A stretch of DNA of 64,000 bases from Bacilli bacterium. GTDB taxonomy: Bacteria > Bacillota_I > Bacilli_A > RF39 > UBA660. Below the pieces are notes generated by a model that did not search any database, had not been told where the DNA came from, and saw only the letters and a list, made by a program, of their open reading frames with translations. A program made the position numbers and the translations under genes. Shown piece by piece: positions 50,262-58,530 of this stretch (position 1 is the stretch's first letter; each line of letters opens with the position of its first letter). The DNA lies in contig CAAGEE010000018.1 of NCBI GenBank assembly GCA_900768815.1, positions 67,138 through 131,137 of the forward strand, written 5' to 3'.

Positions 50262-50395
50262 TTGACAATTTAGTAAAATTCATTTATGATTAAGATGCGT
50301 GATGCATGTCACGCCGATATCTCTTACGTTTGTATGTAAGAGTATATTCAACCGAACCCCCTGAAGAGAGCATTTAACCGTGCTCTCATTTTTTG
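50262..50395 (+). ncRNA. candidate small RNA (promoter to intrinsic terminator, no ORF)
   Basis: TTGACA, 17-nt spacer, TATGAT at 50262-50290. The roughly 100-nt transcript has hairpins gcgtga..tcacgc and cttac..gtaag, an exposed C-rich stretch aaccccctgaag, and a terminator hairpin agagagca..tgctctc followed by T6 at 50365-50395. Confidence 0.4.
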
Positions 50396-50615
50396 TGCCC
50401 ATTTTATAATGGTTTGCGAGGCATCAGTTTTGCTAAAATAAATTTAGGTACAATTTAGGTACAAAAAAATTGACTTTTAAAATAGTTCATTGAGAAAAAG
50501 TGCCGAAAGTGGCAAAAATTCTCAATGGATTTTTAATTTTAACAATGATACGGATAAAATATAAATGGTCAGTATGAATGAAAAAAATATTATTCCACAA
50601 GCGGTATAAAAAATA

Positions 50616-50644
50616 TTGACATATTGTTCCGGAAACGGTATAAT
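50616..50644 (+). promoter_or_regulatory. consensus sigma-A promoter
   Basis: TTGACA, 17-nt spacer, TATAAT (50616-50621 and 50639-50644), 20 nt upstream of ATG 50665. Confidence 0.65.
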
Positions 50645-50664
50645 CTATATGTGAGGTGATAACT

Positions 50665-50988
50665 ATGCATATTAAAGATGTAAAAGATATTAGTGATGTT
50701 ACTAAAGATATTAAAGATCTAACAGAGCAAAAGAAAAATCCAACAAGAGAGGGCATGGAAAAAGTAATAAAAAGTGTTAGAGAACATTTAATATTAGAAA
50801 CAGAAGTATATGAGGATACTTTGTGTGTAGTTAATAATAGTACTAAAGTAAATATAGAGAATATTGATAGTAAAGTGTTATATAATCGATTAGATGCTTA
50901 TAAAACTATATGCTTAGGCTATTTATTAAATAAGTATGGTAAAGAAGCATTTGATAAAATTATTAAAGAATACAATTTGGAGGTGTAG
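50665..50988 (+). CDS. small hypothetical protein upstream of fic (candidate antitoxin-like partner)
   Basis: RBS gaggtga 6 nt before the ATG. 107 aa. Ends 1 nt before the fic start. Confidence 0.5.
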   Translation: MHIKDVKDISDVTKDIKDLTEQKKNPTREGMEKVIKSVREHLILETEVYEDTLCVVNNSTKVNIENIDSKVLYNRLDAYKTICLGYLLNKYGKEAFDKIIKEYNLEV

Positions 50989-50989
50989 A

Positions 50990-51910
50990 ATGAAATTTAT
51001 GACAATAAAAGAAGTAAGTGAAAAATGGAATATTAGTGAAAGAAGGATAAGACAACTTATTCAAAATGGTAGAATATTGGGTGCAGAAAAAATTGGTACT
51101 GCATGGTATATTCCAAATGATGTTGGGAAGCCAGTTGATAAAAGAGTGAAAGATGAAATTGAATTTAAAATTGATCTACCAGAAGATTATTTTAAAGAAG
51201 TTGATGAAAAACTTGCTAAGCTAAATAGTAAGAGGCCATTATCAAAAGAAGCCACTGAGTCATTACAAAATGCAATTAATCTAGAATGGACATATAACAG
51301 TAATGGTATTGAAGGTAATACTTTAACATTAAAAGAAACTAAAGTTGTGTTGGAAGGAATTACTATTGGTGGTAAGTCTATAAAAGAACACTTAGAAGCT
51401 ATTAATCATGAAAATGCTATTGAGTATTTAGAAGGATTAGCGAAAGATAAAAGTGAAATATCTGAATGGAACATTAAAGGATTACATCAGTTAATTTTAA
51501 AAGGTATAGATGATGATAATGCTGGAAGATATAGAAATCATAATGTTATTATAAGTGGGGCAAAGCACAGGCCACCAGAATATATAAAAGTTCCAGAATT
51601 AATGGAAAAGTTAATGATAAACTATGATGATTGGGATAAATATCATCCAATAGTAAGAGCATCTTTGTTACATGGAGAGTTAGTTAAAATCCATCCATTT
51701 ATTGATGGAAATGGTAGAACATCTAGATTAATAATGAACATGGATTTAATGAGAAGTGGATATGTACCAGTTATTATAAAAAAAGATAATAGATTAAAGT
51801 ATTATGAAGCACTTGATAAAGCACATACAACAGGTGATTATACGGAGTTTGTTAAATTAGTAACAGAAGCAGAAAATGAAATGCTTGATAGATATTTGTC
51901 CGTTGTATAA
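50990..51910 (+). CDS. Fic family protein with N-terminal HTH domain
   Basis: RBS ggaggtg. HPFIDGNGRTSRL matches the Fic motif HPFx(D/E)GNGR. The N-terminal MTIKEVSEKWNISERRIRQLIQNGRILGAEKIG is an HTH. Confidence 0.8.
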   Translation: MKFMTIKEVSEKWNISERRIRQLIQNGRILGAEKIGTAWYIPNDVGKPVDKRVKDEIEFKIDLPEDYFKEVDEKLAKLNSKRPLSKEATESLQNAINLEWTYNSNGIEGNTLTLKETKVVLEGITIGGKSIKEHLEAINHENAIEYLEGLAKDKSEISEWNIKGLHQLILKGIDDDNAGRYRNHNVIISGAKHRPPEYIKVPELMEKLMINYDDWDKYHPIVRASLLHGELVKIHPFIDGNGRTSRLIMNMDLMRSGYVPVIIKKDNRLKYYEALDKAHTTGDYTEFVKLVTEAENEMLDRYLSVV

Positions 51911-51940
51911 TAGATACTATTAATTAGGGAGGTTTGCGGT

Positions 51941-53434
51941 ATGGAAAAAATATTATTAGACACTAATATGTTTATATATTTGGAAGACTATGCAGTGACA
52001 GAGGATAAAGTTGCAACTTTAACCAAAAGACTATTTGATTCTGATCAGTATAAAATTGTGATACATCCAAAAACAAAAGAAGAAATATTAAAAATATCTG
52101 ATAGTGAAAAAAGAGCTATTTTTTCTTCAAAAATATCTGTGTATAGAGAAATAAAATCAGCTCCTAAAGCTACCAAGGAATTTAATGATACGGTTGGTTG
52201 CAACAACAGTCATGATGCAATTGATAATGAGTTACTATTTTCAATATATAGAAATTGTGCGCAGTATTTAATTACTAATGATAAAGATTTAATTAAAAAA
52301 TCACAAAAAATTGGACTTAGTGATCGAGTTTTATCTATTGATCAAGCACTTGAAAAATTCCAAGAAAAGGCACCAGAAGATGTCAGAAAGCCAGTTTTTA
52401 TAAACTACAAATATTTACATGAATTAGATATAAATGACACTTTCTTTGATTCGTTAAAAGTAGATTATGCAGGATTTGAAAAATGGTTTAAAAAGAAACA
52501 ATTAAAAGAAGCTCAGGCATATGTTACTGAATTTGATGGAAAATTAACCTCATTTTTAATGCTAAAAGTTGAAAATGAAGATGAAGACTATAAAGATTTT
52601 TTAAAACCATTTAGGCCTGCAAGAAGATTGAAAATATCAACTTTAAAAGTTGCTGATACGGGTAAAAGAATTGGGGAAACATTTATTAAAATTATTGTGG
52701 AAAAGGCAATAAAAGAAGATATTGATGAAATATATGTTACAGTATTTGATAAGCAAGAATTTTTAATCGATATGCTTGAAAGCTACGGCTTTAAAAAATA
52801 TACTAAGAAAAAAACTCTAAGATCAGATAGTGGTATTGAATTAGAAAATGTTCTCGTCAAAAGCATGAAAAATAAAGAAAACTATTATCCTTTTTTTGAA
52901 ATTGATGATAATAGAATATTCCTTGTTCCTATTCGTGATAAATATCATCGTTTGCTATTTCAAGAATCAGAAAAGCAATTTCAATTAAGTTTGGAAGATT
53001 TTCAAGGAAAAAATGTTGCTTCTAATTCGTTAAAAAAAGCCTATTTATGTGATTCGAAAATAAAGCAAATACAAAAAGGATCTATACTGTTGTTTTATTC
53101 ATCGGGAACAAAAAAGTCTATAACATCATTAGGTATTGTTGATGCAGTATTTAATAAGTTTGACAATTTTGATGAAATGTTTAATTTGGTGAAAAAAAGA
53201 ACTGCATATGATGAACATGAGCTTAGAGAAAACTTTAAAAATGATAAGTTAGTAATACTATTTAAACTATATTATTCTTTTGATAATTATGTTGACTTTG
53301 AATTTCTTAAAAGTAATAAAATAGTTAATGGAGCAATTCAAACTATACAACATATCAACAAAGAACAGTTACTACAAATACTTGAAAAGTGTAAAATGAA
53401 GAAAGAAATTTATTTAATAGATAAAAATACATAA
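51941..53434 (+). CDS. multi-domain protein: PIN-like nuclease, GNAT-like acetyltransferase, PUA-like (EVE/ASCH-like) domain
   Basis: N-terminal ILLDTNMFIY...ITNDKDL (PIN acidic residues). Middle LKISTLKVADTGKRIGETFIKIIVEKA...EIYVTV (GNAT motif A-like). C-terminal beta-barrel-like region GSILLFYSSGTKKSITSLGIVDAV. RBS gggaggt. Confidence 0.55.
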   Translation: MEKILLDTNMFIYLEDYAVTEDKVATLTKRLFDSDQYKIVIHPKTKEEILKISDSEKRAIFSSKISVYREIKSAPKATKEFNDTVGCNNSHDAIDNELLFSIYRNCAQYLITNDKDLIKKSQKIGLSDRVLSIDQALEKFQEKAPEDVRKPVFINYKYLHELDINDTFFDSLKVDYAGFEKWFKKKQLKEAQAYVTEFDGKLTSFLMLKVENEDEDYKDFLKPFRPARRLKISTLKVADTGKRIGETFIKIIVEKAIKEDIDEIYVTVFDKQEFLIDMLESYGFKKYTKKKTLRSDSGIELENVLVKSMKNKENYYPFFEIDDNRIFLVPIRDKYHRLLFQESEKQFQLSLEDFQGKNVASNSLKKAYLCDSKIKQIQKGSILLFYSSGTKKSITSLGIVDAVFNKFDNFDEMFNLVKKRTAYDEHELRENFKNDKLVILFKLYYSFDNYVDFEFLKSNKIVNGAIQTIQHINKEQLLQILEKCKMKKEIYLIDKNT

Positions 53435-53475
53435 TAATTATGATATTATATTATATATAATAGGAGGTAGGTAAA

Positions 53476-53850
53476 ATGTGTAAGATTTTAATGCCAATAA
53501 ATCCTGAATATGTAGATGAAATTCTTTCTGGAAACAAAAAATATGAATATAGAAAAATAAAAGCTAAAAGAAAAAACATAGATAAAATGGTTATCTATTC
53601 TACATCACCAATTATGAGAGTAGTCGCTGAAGTAGATGTTGAAGGAATAATTGAAGCTTCTCCTGAAAAGTTATGGGAGCAAACAAAAGAATATTCTGGT
53701 ATTACAAAAGATTTTTATTCTAAATACTATAAGAATAAAGAAAATGCGATAGCCTATAAATTAGGAAATATTAAAGTATATGATAAGCCAAAAAAACTTT
53801 GTGATATTGGGATAAATTATGTTCCACAATCATTTATTTATTTAGATTAA
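53476..53850 (+). CDS. ASCH domain protein
   Basis: MPINPEYVDEILSGNKKYEYRK matches the ASCH N-terminal motif I-x-P-x-Y-x-x-x-I-x-x-G-x-K-x-x-E-x-R. RBS ggaggtaggtaaaatg. Confidence 0.7.
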   Translation: MCKILMPINPEYVDEILSGNKKYEYRKIKAKRKNIDKMVIYSTSPIMRVVAEVDVEGIIEASPEKLWEQTKEYSGITKDFYSKYYKNKENAIAYKLGNIKVYDKPKKLCDIGINYVPQSFIYLD

Positions 53851-53851
53851 A

Positions 53852-53883
53852 AAGCCGATGTGAATTAATCATCGGTTTTATCA
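53852..53883. terminator. hairpin terminator, potentially bidirectional
   Basis: Stem aagccgatg...catcggttt followed by ttatc. It sits between the ASCH gene and the integrase remnant. Confidence 0.5.
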
Positions 53884-53885
53884 TC

Positions 53886-54190
53886 TTCTAAACTATCTAT
53901 AACAGAAACAACAGAGTCGAGGGCAGTACTAAACATATGTGAATATGTATTTAGTGTTTCCTCGATTTTTGTATGTCCTAAATATTTGGCAACTAATGTA
54001 ACATTGGCGACATTATTAATAAATAGTGATGCACATGAATGTCTAAAGTCATGGATTCTAATAACTTTTAAACCGGCAAGATTAGCTAATTTAGTTCTTC
54101 CAAGCTATGTATTAGAATCAGCTATAGGTTTGGCGTCAGAAACCACAAAGAAATCAGCATTGAATCCATAATAGTCTTTTTTATAAGTTG
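53886..54190 (-). pseudogene. tyrosine recombinase/integrase C-terminal remnant (internal stop, 5' part missing)
   Basis: Minus-strand translation reads ...AKPIADSNT*LGRTKLANLAGLKVIRIHDFRHSCASLFINNVANVTLVAKYLGHTKIEETLNTYSHMF... with the integrase box II pattern (H-D-x-R-H, LGH..I..T..Y.H). There is an in-frame stop and no upstream catalytic domain. Confidence 0.55.
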
Positions 54191-54363
54191 AGTAAGAGTA
54201 TTATTAATTTCATAAACTTCTTCTGGAGTTAAATTAATGACTTTTCTAGCATAGTAAGTATATTTTTCTTTTCTTCAACCACTTCTAGATTTACAATCAT
54301 TACAAGCATAAGGTGATTTTACAAGTCTTGAGCATGAAATATCTCTATCATAGTTATTATTTT

Positions 54364-54543
54364 TATATGTTACATTTTAGGTTCAAAATAACTTTTTTTC
54401 TATCTATTTCTCTTAAAATAGATGAGTGAGATCTATCAGTTTCTTTAGTCTCTTTTGCAATTTGATTAATGGATTTATTTTCGTTTAATCCATCTTTTAT
54501 ATTTTTTCTTTCCTCATAAGATAGATGACAATAATTTGCCATT
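54364..54543 (-). pseudogene. IS30-family transposase N-terminal HTH fragment (59-aa ORF with strong RBS)
   Basis: Minus strand has aaaggaggt 7 nt upstream, then MANYCHLSYEERKNIKDGLNENKSINQIAKETKETDRSHSSILREIDRKK then stop. It matches the IS30 HTH_38 pattern (HLTxEERxxI...S.r.IAk.L.R..STIsREikR). No DDE domain follows. Confidence 0.4.
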
Positions 54544-54725
54544 TCTAATACCTCCTTTAATTACAAATAAATTGCTTGGAAGGTATTATACCAATTATAA
54601 ATCTTATTGCACAACTTCTGTGCACTTCTTTTTTTAAAATACAACTAAATTAATAATCTTCATCTTTTATTGCTAAAGCACTAAAAAATGAAAAAATATG
54701 ATATAATCATTATGAGGTGTATAGA

Positions 54726-56549
54726 ATGATTAAACATACTGATCCGTATAAAGTTTCTCAGATATTCTCAAATGAGAAAACTATTATATATAAGATTCCA
54801 AAGTATCAAAGAGAATATACATGGGGACAAAAAGAATGGGGATTATTATTTAATGATATTATTGAAAATGATTATGGTTATTTTTTAGGTTCAATAATTT
54901 GTGTAGATAAAAGTGTAAGTGCTATGGGTGATGTTGAACTAGAAGTAATTGATGGTCAACAAAGAATTACATCATTATCTTTATTGCTTGTATCTTTGTA
55001 TGAAAAGTTAAATATCTTTAAAAATAAATTAGATGAGGATCAAATAACAGACTTAAATAATATTAAAAGGGAACTTGTTATAAGGTCTAATGGTGAAAAT
55101 ATAGCACGTTTGACTCCACAAATACAAAATGATAATAGAAATGATTACTTTAGTTTGTTATGTGAAAAAGGTTTACTTGCTGATAAGGAAAGAAAGAACT
55201 ATGCTGGTTTAAGAAGAGTATATAAAGCTTATGCATATTTTTCAAATGCTGTAGATAAATATATTGAAGAATTAAATCCTCAAAACGATAATGACAAGAT
55301 TAATGCATTGTTTGAATTGGTTAGAAGGTTTAATTCAGCAGTGTTAGTTTCGATAGAGGTAGAAACTAATAAAGATGCTTATATGTTATTTGAATCACTT
55401 AATAACAGAGGAGTTCCTTTATCAGCAATTGATTTAATTAAGAATCTGCTTATTAGTATTTCAGATAGAGATGGAAAAGCAGAAGAGTGTTATACTATTT
55501 GGAAAAAGATTATTTTTTATTTAAGTGATGATTATGGAGTGCAAGAAAGATTCTTTAGACAGTTTTATAATGCATACAGGGATGAATTAAATAAACCATA
55601 TAAAACAGAAGGAAAAACAAAATATGCATTAGGATATTTAGCAACGAGAACTACATTGTTAGATATTTATGAAAAATTATTAAAAGATGATTATATGACA
55701 TTTTTAAATAGATTAGAAGCTGAAGCCAAAAACTATGCTATCTTAATAAATAATACAACAGAAGATAATTATAATGAAGCATTGGCCGAATCGTTATTAG
55801 ATTTAGATAGAATTCAAGGCGCCCCTTCTTACATATTACTATTATACTTATTATCTAACAAAAGTATATTAAATATAAATGATGATATTATTAAAGATAT
55901 CATTGAGTATTTAACAAAGTTCTTTGTACGCAGAAATATTACAGACTATCCAAATACAAGAAACTTAACAAAAATATTTATGGATATAGTTGCTTTGATA
56001 GAAGGTAAAACAGGAAGAGAAATATATGATATTACTGTTAATTACTTAAAAGAAAATTCATCATCTGATGAAGAATTTGAAAAGAAGCTTAATGGACCAA
56101 TATATTTAGATAATCCTGATGCCACTAGATTCTTATTATGTTATTATGAAAATAAGTTTAAAACGAATGAGATTTATACTGACTTGTGGGAAAGAAATAA
56201 TAATAAATATGTATGGACTATTGAACATATTTTCCCAGAGGGTAATAATGTACCACAAGACTGGGTTGATATGATTGCTAATGGTGATAGAGATTTAGCT
56301 AATGAATATCTAATCAAATATACACATACTTTAGGTAATTTAACTATTACAGGTTATAATCAAACATTAAGTAATCTATCTTATGAAAAAAAGAATAATC
56401 GTACAAATAAAGATGGAAATTATGTTGGATATAAGAATGGTTTGAAATTAAATGAAGATGTTGTTGACTTACCAGCATGGACAAAAGACAACATTGAAAA
56501 TAGAACCAAAAAGTTAGTTACATTTTTTAAAAATGAATTTAAATTATAA
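54726..56549 (+). CDS. GmrSD-family type IV restriction endonuclease-like protein (DUF262 plus DUF1524)
   Basis: N-terminal IPKYQREYTW and EVIDGQQRITSL (DUF262/ParB-like NTPase). C-terminal WTIEHIFPEGNNVPQDW and LGNLTIT (DUF1524 His-Me finger). RBS tgaggtg 6 nt before ATG 54726. An in-frame GTG at 54717 is also possible. Confidence 0.75.
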   Translation: MIKHTDPYKVSQIFSNEKTIIYKIPKYQREYTWGQKEWGLLFNDIIENDYGYFLGSIICVDKSVSAMGDVELEVIDGQQRITSLSLLLVSLYEKLNIFKNKLDEDQITDLNNIKRELVIRSNGENIARLTPQIQNDNRNDYFSLLCEKGLLADKERKNYAGLRRVYKAYAYFSNAVDKYIEELNPQNDNDKINALFELVRRFNSAVLVSIEVETNKDAYMLFESLNNRGVPLSAIDLIKNLLISISDRDGKAEECYTIWKKIIFYLSDDYGVQERFFRQFYNAYRDELNKPYKTEGKTKYALGYLATRTTLLDIYEKLLKDDYMTFLNRLEAEAKNYAILINNTTEDNYNEALAESLLDLDRIQGAPSYILLLYLLSNKSILNINDDIIKDIIEYLTKFFVRRNITDYPNTRNLTKIFMDIVALIEGKTGREIYDITVNYLKENSSSDEEFEKKLNGPIYLDNPDATRFLLCYYENKFKTNEIYTDLWERNNNKYVWTIEHIFPEGNNVPQDWVDMIANGDRDLANEYLIKYTHTLGNLTITGYNQTLSNLSYEKKNNRTNKDGNYVGYKNGLKLNEDVVDLPAWTKDNIENRTKKLVTFFKNEFKL

Positions 56550-56550
56550 A

Positions 56551-56578
56551 AGTCGTTCAAAAGAACGATTTTTTTATG
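56551..56578 (+). terminator. rho-independent terminator
   Basis: Hairpin tcgttcaaaagaacga followed by T7. Confidence 0.65.
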
Positions 56579-56753
56579 TTTATAATCAGTAATTTCAAGT
56601 TAATTATATATGTTTAAATATAATTAAACGAAATCATTTGTTAATGTTTTTTTCTAAATAGATAACAATTTATTATAAAAAAGTATTATTTTAGCATGAA
56701 ATATATAAACAAAATTAAAACAAAGCTTTCTTTTATAGGGGGGTATTTTAAAT

Positions 56754-57199
56754 ATGAACTACAATAACAGTAATTATGGTTATGAAAGATGCTTAACTAA
56801 TGAGTCTAGACAGGATGTAGAATATCAGATTAAGAAATTAGTAGAAAAGGGTGTTAAGAGAGAAAATAGATATTTTTAATATGAATTTGGCGCTAAAGAA
56901 GATATATTAAATAAACTTGGGAACAACGTAAGACTTCAGAATTAGATTTATTTTCAAAAGAAAATAGCTATTTAAATGTGGGCCTAGTTAATGCTGGACT
57001 TCAATTGTTTTGTATGGTATTCTTTAGACCAAACATCAGTCTATAATTAGCACTGTTGATACTTTTGTCGCTCCTAAAAATGGGCCTGTTTATCGCCAAG
57101 GAAACTATGTTATAGTTTCTGCATCTGGGAGACTTCCGAGGATATTGTTAGAGCATTAGCTGTTGAAAAATCAGGGGTTTTGTTTGGAGGGTTCTAAAT
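56754..57199 (+). pseudogene. degraded coding remnant of foreign (GC-richer) origin
   Basis: GC content is locally much higher than the surroundings. A 41-codon ORF (MNYNNSNYGYERCLTNESRQDVEYQIKKLVEKGVKRENRYF) is followed by several short ORF pieces in shifting frames (...ISTVDTFVAPKNGPVYRQGNYVIVSASGRLPRI..., ...VEKSGVLFGGF). Confidence 0.3.
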
Positions 57200-57280
57200 G
57201 TTTTTATCCTGTTTAATTTTATATCAAAAACCAATTTACTAATAGATTTGATTCATGCTATAATTTGGTTAGGTGAAATT

Positions 57281-58009
57281 ATGAAATTTGTAGAGTTAAA
57301 ATGTAAAAACTGTGGGGCTAAATTAGAGGTTGAAGAAGGAACTACTCAAGTTACTTGTAAGTTCTGTGATACGACTTTTTCTATTGATGATGCTTATACT
57401 CAAGGGTATAAATATACTAAGGGTGTATTGAAAGCACAAGATGAGCAATATGAAAAGAATCTTGAACGAGCTAAGGATTTTATGAAAAATAATCCTATTT
57501 CTAAATCTTCAAAGATTATGAGTATTATATTTGTGATAATTTTCTTTTTAGTCTTTTGCTTTATTGGGTATAATATCTATAATGATTTTTATGCTGATCA
57601 TTCTACTGATAATCATTCTACTGATAATCGCTTTGAGATTAAGTCTTTTAATATGCCATATGAGAATAATTCTGGCAGAAGATCTGGTTTCTTTTTGATT
57701 GGTAGTCTTGATGATATTGTTACTAATAATAAGACAAATAAAGAACATGCAATTATAGTTGTTTATAAAGATGTTACAACTGTTGAGGAAACTGAGATTA
57801 AAAAGATTAGAGATAGTTTAAGTTCTAGAAAGGATTATGATGTATCGCTTGATTATGATAGTAAAGGTTATGTGAATAAATTTATTATTGCAGATATTGA
57901 TACTGATAATAGTGTTGCTTCTTCAGAGACAGATATAGATGATTATAATCAAATGAAAGAGGAAGTAGAAAACCAGATTAATGAGATTAGAGATAAAATT
58001 GGTAATTAA
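57281..58009 (+). CDS. zinc-ribbon membrane protein (hypothetical)
   Basis: RBS ttaggtgaaatt. N-terminal CKNCGAKL...CKFCDT zinc ribbon. One TM helix. A tandem 15-nt repeat (HSTDN twice) lies inside. Confidence 0.55.
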   Translation: MKFVELKCKNCGAKLEVEEGTTQVTCKFCDTTFSIDDAYTQGYKYTKGVLKAQDEQYEKNLERAKDFMKNNPISKSSKIMSIIFVIIFFLVFCFIGYNIYNDFYADHSTDNHSTDNRFEIKSFNMPYENNSGRRSGFFLIGSLDDIVTNNKTNKEHAIIVVYKDVTTVEETEIKKIRDSLSSRKDYDVSLDYDSKGYVNKFIIADIDTDNSVASSETDIDDYNQMKEEVENQINEIRDKIGN

Positions 58010-58062
58010 AATTGAGAATCTAAATTAGATTCTTTTTTGATATAATTATAGTGGAGGTATGT

Positions 58063-58509
58063 ATGAGGGTTTCTAGTAGATGTGTGTTAATTGAAAATGA
58101 CAAAGTATTATTAATTTATAGAGAGAAGAATGATAGGATTTATTATGTTTTTCCGGGTGGTGGAGTTGAAGATGGTGAGACTAATGAAGAATGTTTAATT
58201 AGAGAATGTAGAGAAGAGTTAGGAATAAAAATTAATATTATTAAGCAATTATATGAAGTTAAAGGAAAAGACTTTTTGCAACATTTCTTTTTAATAGAAA
58301 GAATATCTGGAAAGATTGGTAGTGGGGATGCTAATGAGTATGATATCAATAGAGTTGGTGGTTTACAAAAACCGATGTTTATTGATATTAATAAATTAGT
58401 TGATTTAGATGTTGTGTCTAGACCAATAGTTGAACAATTATTAAATGATTATAAAAAATATGGTTCTGGTTTAGGAAAAGAAATTATAACAATTGATGAA
58501 GATAAATAA
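58063..58509 (+). CDS. NUDIX hydrolase
   Basis: RBS ggaggtatgt. GGGVEDGETNEECLIRECREELGI is the Nudix box Gx5Ex7REUxEExGU. Confidence 0.75.
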   Translation: MRVSSRCVLIENDKVLLIYREKNDRIYYVFPGGGVEDGETNEECLIRECREELGIKINIIKQLYEVKGKDFLQHFFLIERISGKIGSGDANEYDINRVGGLQKPMFIDINKLVDLDVVSRPIVEQLLNDYKKYGSGLGKEIITIDEDK

Positions 58510-58530
58510 TTTACTTGAGGAGGAAATAAG

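Noticed and set aside
50441-50464. Direct repeat aatttaggtaca, two copies; checked as a possible CRISPR or iteron.
   Set aside because: There are only two adjacent copies with no spacers. It is not a CRISPR array. It is kept only as a minor note with the inverted-repeat finding.
50487-50756. Minus-strand 89-aa ORF.
   Set aside because: It spans the inverted repeat, the consensus promoter and the start of the + strand gene at 50665. It has no RBS and shows hydrophobic low-complexity translation.
53986-54171. Plus-strand 61-aa ORF.
   Set aside because: It overlaps the much better-supported minus-strand integrase remnant (box II motif) and has no RBS.
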